In this document: positions 19,783 through 28,785 of the stretch, in pieces | How positions within the stretch are numbered: position 1 is the first letter of the stretch | How the letters are laid out: every line of letters begins with the position of its first letter | Source: Clostridia bacterium | GTDB lineage: Bacteria; Bacillota; Clostridia; UBA1212; DUPL01 | Direction: 5' to 3' | Assembly: GCA_050951325.1 (NCBI GenBank) | Contig: JBMNIW010000010.1 | Coordinates: 1 to 47,712, forward strand | DNA: 47,712 bases | The notes under the pieces: generated by a model | The model's database searches: none | The model's input: only the letters and a program-made list of their open reading frames with translations | What the model was told of the DNA's origin: nothing | Program-made: the position numbers and the translations under genes

Positions 19783-19808
19783 AGCAGCAACCTTATAAGG
19801 TTGCTGCT
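19783..19808. terminator. Bidirectional terminator
   Basis: Perfect AGCAGCAACCT-TATA-AGGTTGCTGCT stem between convergent genes. Confidence 0.8.
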
Positions 19809-19813
19809 CTACA

Positions 19814-21097
19814 TTACTTCTTCTTAATTCTTATAACCACAATTACTGCAATAACAGCTACAACTATCACCCCGGCTATGATTAATGGTTTTGGAATATT
19901 ATCCTTTTCATCTTTTTTATCCGGCTCAGCAGTTGGTGTACTGGTTGTTGATGGAGTTTCCTCAGGATTCTCGGTGGGTTCACTGGTAGGCTCTTCAGTT
20001 GGGCTTAAATCAACAACCTCTTCGAAAGCCTTCTCGATATCATCATTCTTTGTAAGGATTGCATTGCCCCATACAGCAAAGTCACCTATTGTACCATCGC
20101 CTGCATCAGACAGATACAACCTAAGAATCTTTCCACCTTCAATATCTGCAGTTAGAAGGGAGGCCTCTTCCTGACTCCTCTTTACTTCACTCCTTGCAAC
20201 CTCCACACCATCCACGCTGACAATAAACTCAACTGAACCGTTGGACGCGTCATGGAATAGAAGATCGGGCACACCTGCATAGCATGCAAATGTCTTGAAT
20301 CCCAATCCCTCAATATTTATCTCTATGAAGGATTCCCCTTCCTTGGATGAAGCAACATGCATTAACCCTTTTTTATACTCCTTTGAGTTTATAACATACC
20401 CTTTTGCTTCATCCGTACCATCAACAAAAACAATGGTACCATTTGAATACATGTTGCCTAATAAGAGGTCACTTAGGTAAACAGTACTTTTATCAGCCAT
20501 TTCACTCTTCTGCTTTGGAGCCTCTTTTCCTTCCCCCGGTATAAAGACCACATCTCTTAAGAAGGAAGGATAAGATATCCTGTTTGTACCAACAGGCATT
20601 GCTCCCTCATCACCTTGATACACACCACTGTCAGGATGTGTTATGAAAATATCGCTCTCATGATCCTGGTAATATCCTTTTATGTACTGATAGCTAAGAG
20701 AGCCTGTTGTGTTGCGGATTGCAACCGTATAGTCATTGTAGGCTTTTACCTGGAGAGGTTCTTCCAGCTCATACTCTCTCCAACCTGCTTGTCCCTTCTC
20801 CAGATCCCAGAAGTAAGGCCCTGCAACAAGTTCTTCAGCTGCTGTATCCCATATTTCAACAGTATAACTTCCAGATTCCTCGGCACCTACATACATGCGA
20901 ACTTTGGTAATCGTGCCCGGAACCTTTACTGCAAACCTTGTACCCAGAGTAAGCGGAATTGCATCCTCCCCGGTTTCAACTACAAAGCCGCTTAAATCCT
21001 CTTTGTGTATTGTGTAGGTATCTGCACCAAGTACAAGATTTGTACAGGTTATTAGTATGAACAAAGGTACAAGTAATATCAAAAAAGCTTTTTTCAT
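19814..21097 (-). CDS. Surface protein: DUF4082-like and NPCBM/NEW2 domains, P/T/E linker, C-terminal TM anchor
   Basis: Start MKKAFLILL at 21097. LTLGTRF...GTITKVRMY...DVVF is DUF4082-like. VYLSDL...KGL.H...GSVEFIVSVDG...DFAVWGNA is NPCBM-like. Ends in a TM and KKK. Confidence 0.75.
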   Translation of the reverse strand: MKKAFLILLVPLFILITCTNLVLGADTYTIHKEDLSGFVVETGEDAIPLTLGTRFAVKVPGTITKVRMYVGAEESGSYTVEIWDTAAEELVAGPYFWDLEKGQAGWREYELEEPLQVKAYNDYTVAIRNTTGSLSYQYIKGYYQDHESDIFITHPDSGVYQGDEGAMPVGTNRISYPSFLRDVVFIPGEGKEAPKQKSEMADKSTVYLSDLLLGNMYSNGTIVFVDGTDEAKGYVINSKEYKKGLMHVASSKEGESFIEINIEGLGFKTFACYAGVPDLLFHDASNGSVEFIVSVDGVEVARSEVKRSQEEASLLTADIEGGKILRLYLSDAGDGTIGDFAVWGNAILTKNDDIEKAFEEVVDLSPTEEPTSEPTENPEETPSTTSTPTAEPDKKDEKDNIPKPLIIAGVIVVAVIAVIVVIRIKKK

Positions 21098-21101
21098 AGT
21101 C

Positions 21102-21824
21102 CTAGCCTTCAACTTTCCTTCCTCTTGACACAACAACCACAGCAGCAGAAGCAAGAGCGACAAATACACCCAAAAGAATAAAGGACCAAGACCCATCGCC
21201 TGTGCTTGGGTTTGTCTCTGGTTCTGTTGTTGGTTCTGGCTCGTCAACTTCTGGCACAAACACAACATCACGCAAAAACGCAGGATACGTTACTTGATTT
21301 CTTCCTTCAGGGAACAGGTTAAGGTCGCTTGAATATGCACCGTAACTGTTCTCAAGATTGAAAACAGAATCAGATGAATCAATGCTTTCAAAGTACCCCA
21401 GAACCATCTGATAAACAAGAGAAGAACTATTGTTTCTAACCGAAACCATATAATCTTTATCTGCTTCAATTTCTACAGGAGAAGGAAGTTCAAATATCCT
21501 CCAACCCGTTGTGCCTGACTCAATCTCCCAATCAAATGGACCTGCAATATGCTCCTTTGTCTCCACATCCCATAGTTCTACCACATACACACCCGATTCT
21601 GCCTCCCCTGTGTACATGCGCACTGCAGTTATTTTACCTGGGACTCTGACTGCAAAAGTAGTTCCGAGAGTAAGAGGAATACCATCAGAACCTTCTACAA
21701 TATCAAAGCCTTCTAAATCACCAAATATTGTCTCTCCTTCAATCTCTGCAAAAGAAGGAATCATTACCATACACAGAACAAGAATCAATATAATTGCTGT
21801 TAAAAACTTTCTAACCATTTTCAT
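21102..21824 (-). CDS. Surface protein with DUF4082-like domain and NPxTG-type sorting signal
   Basis: Signal peptide, LTLGTTF...GKITAVRMY...DVVF, PT linker, then NPSTGD, a TM and a basic tail. The start could be 21833, 21824 or 21818. Confidence 0.72.
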   Translation of the reverse strand: MKMVRKFLTAIILILVLCMVMIPSFAEIEGETIFGDLEGFDIVEGSDGIPLTLGTTFAVRVPGKITAVRMYTGEAESGVYVVELWDVETKEHIAGPFDWEIESGTTGWRIFELPSPVEIEADKDYMVSVRNNSSSLVYQMVLGYFESIDSSDSVFNLENSYGAYSSDLNLFPEGRNQVTYPAFLRDVVFVPEVDEPEPTTEPETNPSTGDGSWSFILLGVFVALASAAVVVVSRGRKVEG

Positions 21825-21930
21825 TTCCTCCACCTTTCATATCTTGCTATCTCCATTTTATTAGAACCACCAGTTCTTTTTTAGGTGACAATATGTCATA
21901 AAGAAAGAAATCCTGTAATATTTTGCTCTG

Positions 21931-23643
21931 TCATCTATTCTCAAGAACCCAGTCAATGCATTCCATGTATACTGCGGCCGCATTAGAACCATAGCCACCA
22001 TTGTCTTTCAGCGACCTGAGAAGATCGTCTCTTGCCTTGACAAGCTCCTCATCATCTGCTTTAATTTTGTCCAAGTAAGCCTTGTTGACATCATCCCTCG
22101 GAGGCAGAACACTTCCAAGGTATTTGAACACATTGAAATTCTTTGGCGTATTGATTCCAAGAATAAGCCTTGTCATCATCTTTCCATAATCATTGTCATA
22201 ATCGCACACGGTGTGATTCCAGAGCCTGTCAGCATACAGAGTTATGGAAGATGGCAAAGTATACCTAAAGTGGGGATGCTCTTCCCATGCACAAAACTCT
22301 CCACCCATAATCTGGGAGGCATACTTTTTATCAAACTCAGGAGATGAAAGAGGCGTCCATAACCTGATTGTTTCCTCCTTGGCATAGTACTCAAAGTCGA
22401 CATATGTTTCCGGGTAATATGAATTTATAACTGTAAAACCTTCTTCCAGGAAACGCTCCAAAGAGCATCCTTCTACGGGACCTCTTCCAGGTATTGCAAT
22501 TCTCCAGAAGTGAATAATAATGTCTCTTGGCAGATCAACAGGAACCGAAATATCTATCTGGTCGTTGAACATAATCATCTGCTTGCCATGACTCTTAACC
22601 GAAGCATATATCCTCTCTATCATGTAATAGAAGATATCCCTTTCAGAGTCAAGATCCTCCTTTTGCCGCAATGAGGCGCATCTCGAGCAGCCCATCCATG
22701 CAGGTTGCCATGATGTATCGTCGCCAAAGTCCAGCTCGTCAGCACCAATATGAATATATTTTCCTGGGAACAATTCCGCAGTTTCCTTGATGATGTTGTC
22801 AAGAACCGTATATGTCATCTCATTACCAGCACACAAAACCCATATGTTCGGTATGTCACCATTGCACCTCAATCCAGGCATGGCTTCCAGGATTGCCTGG
22901 GCATGAGCAGGCATCTCAATGCCCGGTACTATCTCAATACCCAACTTCTTGGCAAATGCAACAAGGTCCCTAATCTCATCCTTTGTGTACTGCCTGTTAT
23001 CCTTTCCAAAGCCTTTTATCATGGGATAACTGTCGTACCTTATGGAAGAGCCCATGTAATCAAAGAAGTGAAAATTCATGTAGTTCATCTTTGCAAGAGC
23101 CATTCGAACAAGATCTTCCTTTATTTCGTCAATATCTTTCCAGGCTCTTCCCGAGCTCTCAAGAAGGCCTGATCTGTACATGCTGTCAGGATAATCCTTG
23201 ATTGTACATACAGGCACTTTGTATGAGTCCTTGTCTTTTTCAGCCAAAAGCGCAATGGTGGAAGATGCATTTCTTGCACCCAAATAATCTTTGTATACAA
23301 TCTGTATGCCCTTTTCACCGACATGAAGTTCATAGTATTCTTCCTTGTCAGAAACACTGGCATCATACTTGAAATATATGTCCGCATTGCTTGTATCAAC
23401 TCTTGTCAATTCCAGTTCCGGCAGAAAAATCTCAAGCGAACTTATGCCTACATCCGCCATGTTCTTGTCAAGATAGTACGTAACCTTCTTGCCAAGAGTA
23501 AAGTATTTGTCAGACATATATTGCTCTTTGACTCTTGGCAATATGGTAGAATCAATCTTCTTCATATTAGTTTTCTCCTCCTTTTTGGTACAACCACCAA
23601 TAATCATAACAGCTACAATCAAAAGAATTGCTATACGTTTCAT
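21931..23643 (-). CDS. GH20 beta-N-acetylhexosaminidase-family lipoprotein
   Basis: Lipobox IIGGC, IKDYP..YR, KMN..HF, EMPAHA and the catalytic HIGADE motif. Confidence 0.85.
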   Translation of the reverse strand: MKRIAILLIVAVMIIGGCTKKEEKTNMKKIDSTILPRVKEQYMSDKYFTLGKKVTYYLDKNMADVGISSLEIFLPELELTRVDTSNADIYFKYDASVSDKEEYYELHVGEKGIQIVYKDYLGARNASSTIALLAEKDKDSYKVPVCTIKDYPDSMYRSGLLESSGRAWKDIDEIKEDLVRMALAKMNYMNFHFFDYMGSSIRYDSYPMIKGFGKDNRQYTKDEIRDLVAFAKKLGIEIVPGIEMPAHAQAILEAMPGLRCNGDIPNIWVLCAGNEMTYTVLDNIIKETAELFPGKYIHIGADELDFGDDTSWQPAWMGCSRCASLRQKEDLDSERDIFYYMIERIYASVKSHGKQMIMFNDQIDISVPVDLPRDIIIHFWRIAIPGRGPVEGCSLERFLEEGFTVINSYYPETYVDFEYYAKEETIRLWTPLSSPEFDKKYASQIMGGEFCAWEEHPHFRYTLPSSITLYADRLWNHTVCDYDNDYGKMMTRLILGINTPKNFNVFKYLGSVLPPRDDVNKAYLDKIKADDEELVKARDDLLRSLKDNGGYGSNAAAVYMECIDWVLENR

Positions 23644-23650
23644 GTAAACC

Positions 23651-24445
23651 TCACTGTTTCCTTTTTCTGTCCTTTACTGTCACAATTACAACAAGAACAA
23701 CTAGAACGATTGCAACAACACACAACCCAACGACCACCTTGCTGATACCTTTTTCCTCTTTAGGTTCATCTGTTTCAGAAGGAGTTGGCGTACTGGTTGC
23801 TTCTACAGTTTTTGTAGCCTCTGTGGTAGCTTCAGGTGTGTTGGTGGAAAAGGGTGTCTCCTCCGGCACATCAGGACAATATATCTCAATATTTGTTACT
23901 TCATAATGACAGTCAGAGGATTCAAAGCCCAGATTGAACTCATAGCCTTCTTCAAAAGCATCAAGTTCCTCAGGAAGATCTTCCTCCAAACACACATTGT
24001 CATTTAGCTTAAGTATAAAATGCTGTCCTTCCCTGATCACCTCAAAATCGATTTCCATCCCTTCGTTAATAGCCCCGAAATATCCAATTAAATCATTCAA
24101 GTTGTTGTTTTTAAACTCGACCCTTACATCCCATTCCTTGGTCAAAACAAGTTTTGATGTTTCCATGGATGAATTGGCCCCAATTATTATTCTTACACCA
24201 TTCCAAGGTTGAGAACCCATCTCTACAATCCTTATCCGGCCTTTGAATGTATAGTTTTTTGTAAGGCCAGGAACAGAGATGTATGTAGAATCCGTTTCAA
24301 CCCTACCGTTTGTAAGGACTCCGTCTTCAAAATAACCGGAACCCAAGAGATTTTCATCCCTCTCAACAAACAGATTCCTCTCATTTGCCATTACCACAAT
24401 ACTCAAACAGATAATTAATAATACGAGCAAAAACATTCTTTTCAT
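23651..24445 (-). CDS. Secreted beta-sandwich (DUF1080/LamG-like) protein with linker and C-terminal TM anchor
   Basis: Signal peptide, a beta-rich domain of about 170 aa, T/E/P linker, TM and KDRKRK tail. The domain call is tentative. Confidence 0.55.
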   Translation of the reverse strand: MKRMFLLVLLIICLSIVVMANERNLFVERDENLLGSGYFEDGVLTNGRVETDSTYISVPGLTKNYTFKGRIRIVEMGSQPWNGVRIIIGANSSMETSKLVLTKEWDVRVEFKNNNLNDLIGYFGAINEGMEIDFEVIREGQHFILKLNDNVCLEEDLPEELDAFEEGYEFNLGFESSDCHYEVTNIEIYCPDVPEETPFSTNTPEATTEATKTVEATSTPTPSETDEPKEEKGISKVVVGLCVVAIVLVVLVVIVTVKDRKRKQ

Positions 24446-24454
24446 AAAAGCACC

Positions 24455-26371
24455 TCATTTCTTCCTGCTTCTATTGAATAAAAATCCCAAAGAAAAGGCA
24501 GCTACCAAAACAGCAATGCCACCCAATGCAATTTCAAGCACATTTAACGTTTTTAAAGTTTTCTGTGTTTCATCCATATTCAAATATGTAAAATTAAGAC
24601 GACCTATTGGTGCTGACGAGCCTGATACATAATAGTCCATAATATCGTCAGGTTTTTCAATGCTGTCAGCCACTTTGAACTCAATTTCAATCTTATCCTT
24701 GCTGACTCCTATCAAGGCAAGAGGTATCTCCATTTGCATGATATTATCCTTGACAGAGTATTTTACCTTGCCTACTTCTTCAAACTCAAAAGAATCATCT
24801 TTTGCCACCTTCTCAAGGATTGTCAGTTTGTCAGACTCCGTCTTTCTGTTGACAATGTAATGATATCCTTCCCAGGACTTTTCCTTTGAACCTCTAACAG
24901 ATAATAAAAGATAAATGTTTTCTTCCTTGTCATGGTCAACAATTGGTCCTTCGGTTCTTATGTAGAAATAGAGGTTTGAGTCATCGTTTGTAACTTTTAT
25001 TTCCTTTAAAAAGTTATCAGCCTTGTCCTGGGTGTAGTGAAGACTTGGGCTTGCTCCTTTGTAGTCTCTTGGTGAGTTTTCAATTGCAGCATTTAAATAA
25101 ATGTTGCTTGTATTGGTTATTGCATCCCACGCGGAAGCCTCTCCATAAACATCCATCTTCATGGTTTGTGGTTTTGGATAATTCTCATCCAATGGTGTTC
25201 CCTTGTACTTCCTTATGTTTCTAACAAGCTGCATATAGTAGTTGTCGCCGTATCCCTGGCTTGTGTAGTCATTCGTATCGGAGGAATAACCTTTTGCCTT
25301 TGTCATTTCAATATCCCTTGACCACTCCGTATTGAAAGTGTCAATCCATCCATAAATATTGCTCTTTTGGGCAATCCATTCGTTCCATCCAGTAACAAAC
25401 ACCATCTCAGGATCAACCTCAAGGGCATAAGACCACTGTTCCTCAAAGTTCCTGCCTTCCAAAATGTGCTTTACAACACCGCTTTCAGGAGTTTCCTTTG
25501 AGTATCCCCTTCCATAGTAACCCTCTTCATGTCCATATCCCTTGGTTATGCCGAAACTGCAAGGCCCGGAAAACTGGCAGACTGAAACATTAACAAGGTT
25601 TGTATACAGATGCTGAGGTTTTGCAAGATCCATATATGGGAAGCCATTTTCCTTGGTGGGCTCCAAAGGCCATTGGGCTTCCCTGATATGGAAGAAGTTT
25701 CTGATATCATCCGGGATGTCCTTTATCTTGTCCGCATTTGCTATAATCAAAGGCTTGTCATATGGACCGTAAAACCAAAGTTCTTTGTATAGGTCCCTTT
25801 TATACAAATACTGATACACATGTTTTACCGCTTCATCACTTCTGGTATTTGTAAAGAAAACAATTTGAGGAACCTTGTATCCTTCAAGCCTGTATTTATC
25901 AAGAATTTCAAGCACCCTGAACCATACCTTGTCGTAATATATTCCATTGGTTATATCAAACACAAGGAAATCAATCTGGGCATATATGAACAACTCTATA
26001 TGCTTTCTTATAACCCAAGGGTCTTCCGAGTTGTAGTAGCCAAACAGCGGCTCGTTGAAAAAATAAACATCGTCATTTGGAAACTTGCCACTGTTAATGT
26101 CCACAAGTTCGTTAATAGAGTGAGTTCTTAGAATACTAGTGATGTCGTAAACTTCCTTTTGATTCTGCTGTCCAAGCCATAAGAAGTAGAATAGCCCAAC
26201 ATACCTGTCTTCACGAAAACCTTTAACATCATGCAAAGTCCGACCCAGGGCATCCGTGCATGAAACCTTGATTATCTTGTCCATATCACTTGCTATGCTT
26301 CTTCCTCCCATACTTAATAATATGCATGCAGAAAGCACTGCAGTAAGGAATAAAGTTAAAATTCTTTTCAT
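24455..26371 (-). CDS. Secreted, membrane-anchored GH99/GH71-like glycoside hydrolase
   Basis: Start MKRILTLF at 26371. TDALGR, YVGLFYFLW, EPLFGYY, FVTGWNEW and SRDIE motifs, then a C-terminal TM. Confidence 0.72.
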   Translation of the reverse strand: MKRILTLFLTAVLSACILLSMGGRSIASDMDKIIKVSCTDALGRTLHDVKGFREDRYVGLFYFLWLGQQNQKEVYDITSILRTHSINELVDINSGKFPNDDVYFFNEPLFGYYNSEDPWVIRKHIELFIYAQIDFLVFDITNGIYYDKVWFRVLEILDKYRLEGYKVPQIVFFTNTRSDEAVKHVYQYLYKRDLYKELWFYGPYDKPLIIANADKIKDIPDDIRNFFHIREAQWPLEPTKENGFPYMDLAKPQHLYTNLVNVSVCQFSGPCSFGITKGYGHEEGYYGRGYSKETPESGVVKHILEGRNFEEQWSYALEVDPEMVFVTGWNEWIAQKSNIYGWIDTFNTEWSRDIEMTKAKGYSSDTNDYTSQGYGDNYYMQLVRNIRKYKGTPLDENYPKPQTMKMDVYGEASAWDAITNTSNIYLNAAIENSPRDYKGASPSLHYTQDKADNFLKEIKVTNDDSNLYFYIRTEGPIVDHDKEENIYLLLSVRGSKEKSWEGYHYIVNRKTESDKLTILEKVAKDDSFEFEEVGKVKYSVKDNIMQMEIPLALIGVSKDKIEIEFKVADSIEKPDDIMDYYVSGSSAPIGRLNFTYLNMDETQKTLKTLNVLEIALGGIAVLVAAFSLGFLFNRSRKK

Positions 26372-26486
26372 TCTATCAACCTCTTTTCCACTTGCCAAAC
26401 CCATTATATCTTCCACTTCGGGCATATAACAGGCAATATTATGTCAAATGCCTTGTTTTTCTGTAATAATTTATCATTCAATTAAG

Positions 26487-26515
26487 TTGTGTAGTCCTGC
26501 CACTAATGATATAAT
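26487..26515 (+). promoter_or_regulatory. Sigma-A promoter for the AraC pair
   Basis: TTGTGT, 17-nt spacer, TATAAT with an extended TG. Confidence 0.55.
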
Positions 26516-26526
26516 AAAAACACAAA

Positions 26527-27630
26527 ATGCAGGAAGTGAAATATATGATACTGAACAAAGAGCTGGAAAAACATTATCTTCCCTATACGGAAAGTGAAAA
26601 GCTGTTCAAGACCTTTTACGAACTTGCAAAGGGCAACAAACCCACTGACTCATTTTTGGATTCCATAGATAATATTGACATAAGATCCTTTATGCAGAAT
26701 GTGGTTGATACAGGCAATTACCACTTCAGCAAAAAGTGCGATCTGTTTTTCATATATAAGGAAGACATAACTGTTTCAAAACACATAAGATATTACCCAT
26801 ATTTCATGCACAAACATTATTTCTATGAGATAATCTACCAGCTTACAGGTACAAGCCGTCATATAATCAACAATATGGATATAAGTATGGAGGAAGGCAA
26901 CCTTTTAATCATACCTCCAAGTTCCTTTCATGCAGCAGGAGTGCTGGACGACAGCATAATCGTAAATATTATAGTAAAACCAAATTCTCTTGACGTGCTT
27001 CTTTCCGATTTGCTCCCAGAAAACAACATATTCGAAACCTTTTTCAGTCAGACAGGGATATTTCACTCCGATATAAATTACATATACATCCCTTCAACGG
27101 AAGATAAAAAGCTTCAGGAACTTGTCGAAGAGATTGTCTTGGAAGATATCAATAAAAAGGATTTGTCGACTTCACAAAAGAAAATACTAGTAATGCATGT
27201 ACTTTGCCATCTGCTAAGACATTATGTGGATACCATGAAAGTTTCCAAAAACTCCAATCGTTATCCTACAGAAGTAAAAAGCATATGCCAGTACCTGCAT
27301 GTAAATTACAGGAATGCATCTCTTACTGATGTGGCAAAGGAATTCGGATACTCACCTACATACCTGAGCAAACTGATACATTCCTCTACAGGCAAGACTT
27401 TTAGTGAAATTGTATGTGGCGAAAAACTTATGGCCGCATGCAAACTGCTGGCAACCACATCCATGAAAATATCCGATATTGCGGAACATGTAGGTTACTC
27501 CAGCCCTGAATACTTCAACAAGGTGTTTAAGATGAACATGGGGGTTTCACCCTCCCAATACAGAAAGGAATACGACACATATCCTGCTAAACTGTACAAA
27601 CATCATTACCATATTCACAACGAGGTGTGA
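26527..27630 (+). CDS. AraC-family regulator (cupin sensor domain)
   Basis: HKHYFYEIIYQ cupin motif and C-terminal IAEHVGYSSPEYFNKVFK..G.SPSQYR. The start may be 26545. Confidence 0.93.
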   Translation: MQEVKYMILNKELEKHYLPYTESEKLFKTFYELAKGNKPTDSFLDSIDNIDIRSFMQNVVDTGNYHFSKKCDLFFIYKEDITVSKHIRYYPYFMHKHYFYEIIYQLTGTSRHIINNMDISMEEGNLLIIPPSSFHAAGVLDDSIIVNIIVKPNSLDVLLSDLLPENNIFETFFSQTGIFHSDINYIYIPSTEDKKLQELVEEIVLEDINKKDLSTSQKKILVMHVLCHLLRHYVDTMKVSKNSNRYPTEVKSICQYLHVNYRNASLTDVAKEFGYSPTYLSKLIHSSTGKTFSEIVCGEKLMAACKLLATTSMKISDIAEHVGYSSPEYFNKVFKMNMGVSPSQYRKEYDTYPAKLYKHHYHIHNEV

Positions 27631-28733
27631 CAATGATAAGAAACGATGCCTTAAGAAAGTATATAGAACCTTTTTCAAACATAGAGAAGATTTACAAGAA
27701 TTTGTACATTCTTGGCATGCAGAACAAGCCAATTGATGAATATCTGAACTCCCTTGCGGAAAAAGGGTATCCAATTAAGGAATTATACATACGCAATGTG
27801 GACCCAAACCGCAACTACGACCAGATAGACTGTCTTTTCTACCCTTATGAAAACGACATTGCAATGGCGCGCCACATAAGGTATCATCCACCTTTTCTGC
27901 ACAGCCATCAGTTTTATGAGCTGATTTATCAGATTGAAGGCACAAGCAGGCATACAATAAACAATATGGCGGTGAATCTTAAGGAAGGCGACATATTCAT
28001 AATTCCTCCGGGTCCCATACATTCCGTAGAGGTCTTTGATGACAGCATAATTATTAATCTTCTTTTGAAGGTAAATGCCCTTGATGATGTTATAACTACT
28101 CTTTTGCCTCAGAAGAGCATAATTTCACGCTTTTTTACATTATCCTGTGAATACAAATATACCTACAACTATCTGCTTTTCCATACGGATGATGACGAGC
28201 AGGTTCAAAACATGCTTGAAAACATATTCCTGGAATGCATTGAATTTCACGAAGAGGATGACTATAGTCTTTCTTTAAGAAAAACAATGCTTATTGCAGT
28301 TTTTAACTATTTATTGAGAAACCATTCAAGCAATATGGTAGTTGAAAAAAGCGAAATGTCCATGGGCTTTGTATTCTACCAGATATATGACTACCTTCAG
28401 AAGAACTATCAAACAGCCAACCTTAAGGACGCTGCAAAACACTTCAACTACTCACCAGAGTATTTCAGTAAAATTATACATAAGAATATTGGAAAAACCT
28501 TCAACGATATTCTGATAGACATGAGACTTTCCGCTGCATGCAGATTGCTCATAACCACAGACATGCCCATTAGAGACATAGCATTCGAAGTGGGGTACAA
28601 AAACCCAGAACACTTCACAAGTGTGTTTAAAAAGCACATAGGTACTACACCATCAAGCTATAGAAACAGAAAATGCTTCGACTCAAATATTATTGTATTC
28701 AACGACAGCTATTGCTATAGAAAGCCGGATTGA
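27627..28733 (+). CDS. AraC-family regulator (tandem paralog)
   Basis: HSHQFYELIYQ and IAFEVGYKNPEHFTSVFKKHIGTTPSSYR. Confidence 0.93.
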   Translation: MTMIRNDALRKYIEPFSNIEKIYKNLYILGMQNKPIDEYLNSLAEKGYPIKELYIRNVDPNRNYDQIDCLFYPYENDIAMARHIRYHPPFLHSHQFYELIYQIEGTSRHTINNMAVNLKEGDIFIIPPGPIHSVEVFDDSIIINLLLKVNALDDVITTLLPQKSIISRFFTLSCEYKYTYNYLLFHTDDDEQVQNMLENIFLECIEFHEEDDYSLSLRKTMLIAVFNYLLRNHSSNMVVEKSEMSMGFVFYQIYDYLQKNYQTANLKDAAKHFNYSPEYFSKIIHKNIGKTFNDILIDMRLSAACRLLITTDMPIRDIAFEVGYKNPEHFTSVFKKHIGTTPSSYRNRKCFDSNIIVFNDSYCYRKPD

Positions 28734-28762
28734 AATGATGATTGCATGATTTTTAGAAAAGC

Positions 28763-28781
28763 AGGGGGAAGTAATCCCCCT
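28763..28781. terminator. Terminator between convergent genes
   Basis: AGGGGGA-AGTAA-TCCCCCT hairpin. Confidence 0.6.
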
Positions 28782-28785
28782 TTGG

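Noticed and set aside
21098-21271. Gln-rich N-terminal extension of ORF 19814..21271
   Set aside because: It is an off-frame reading of the upstream gene's linker and TM. The real start is 21097.
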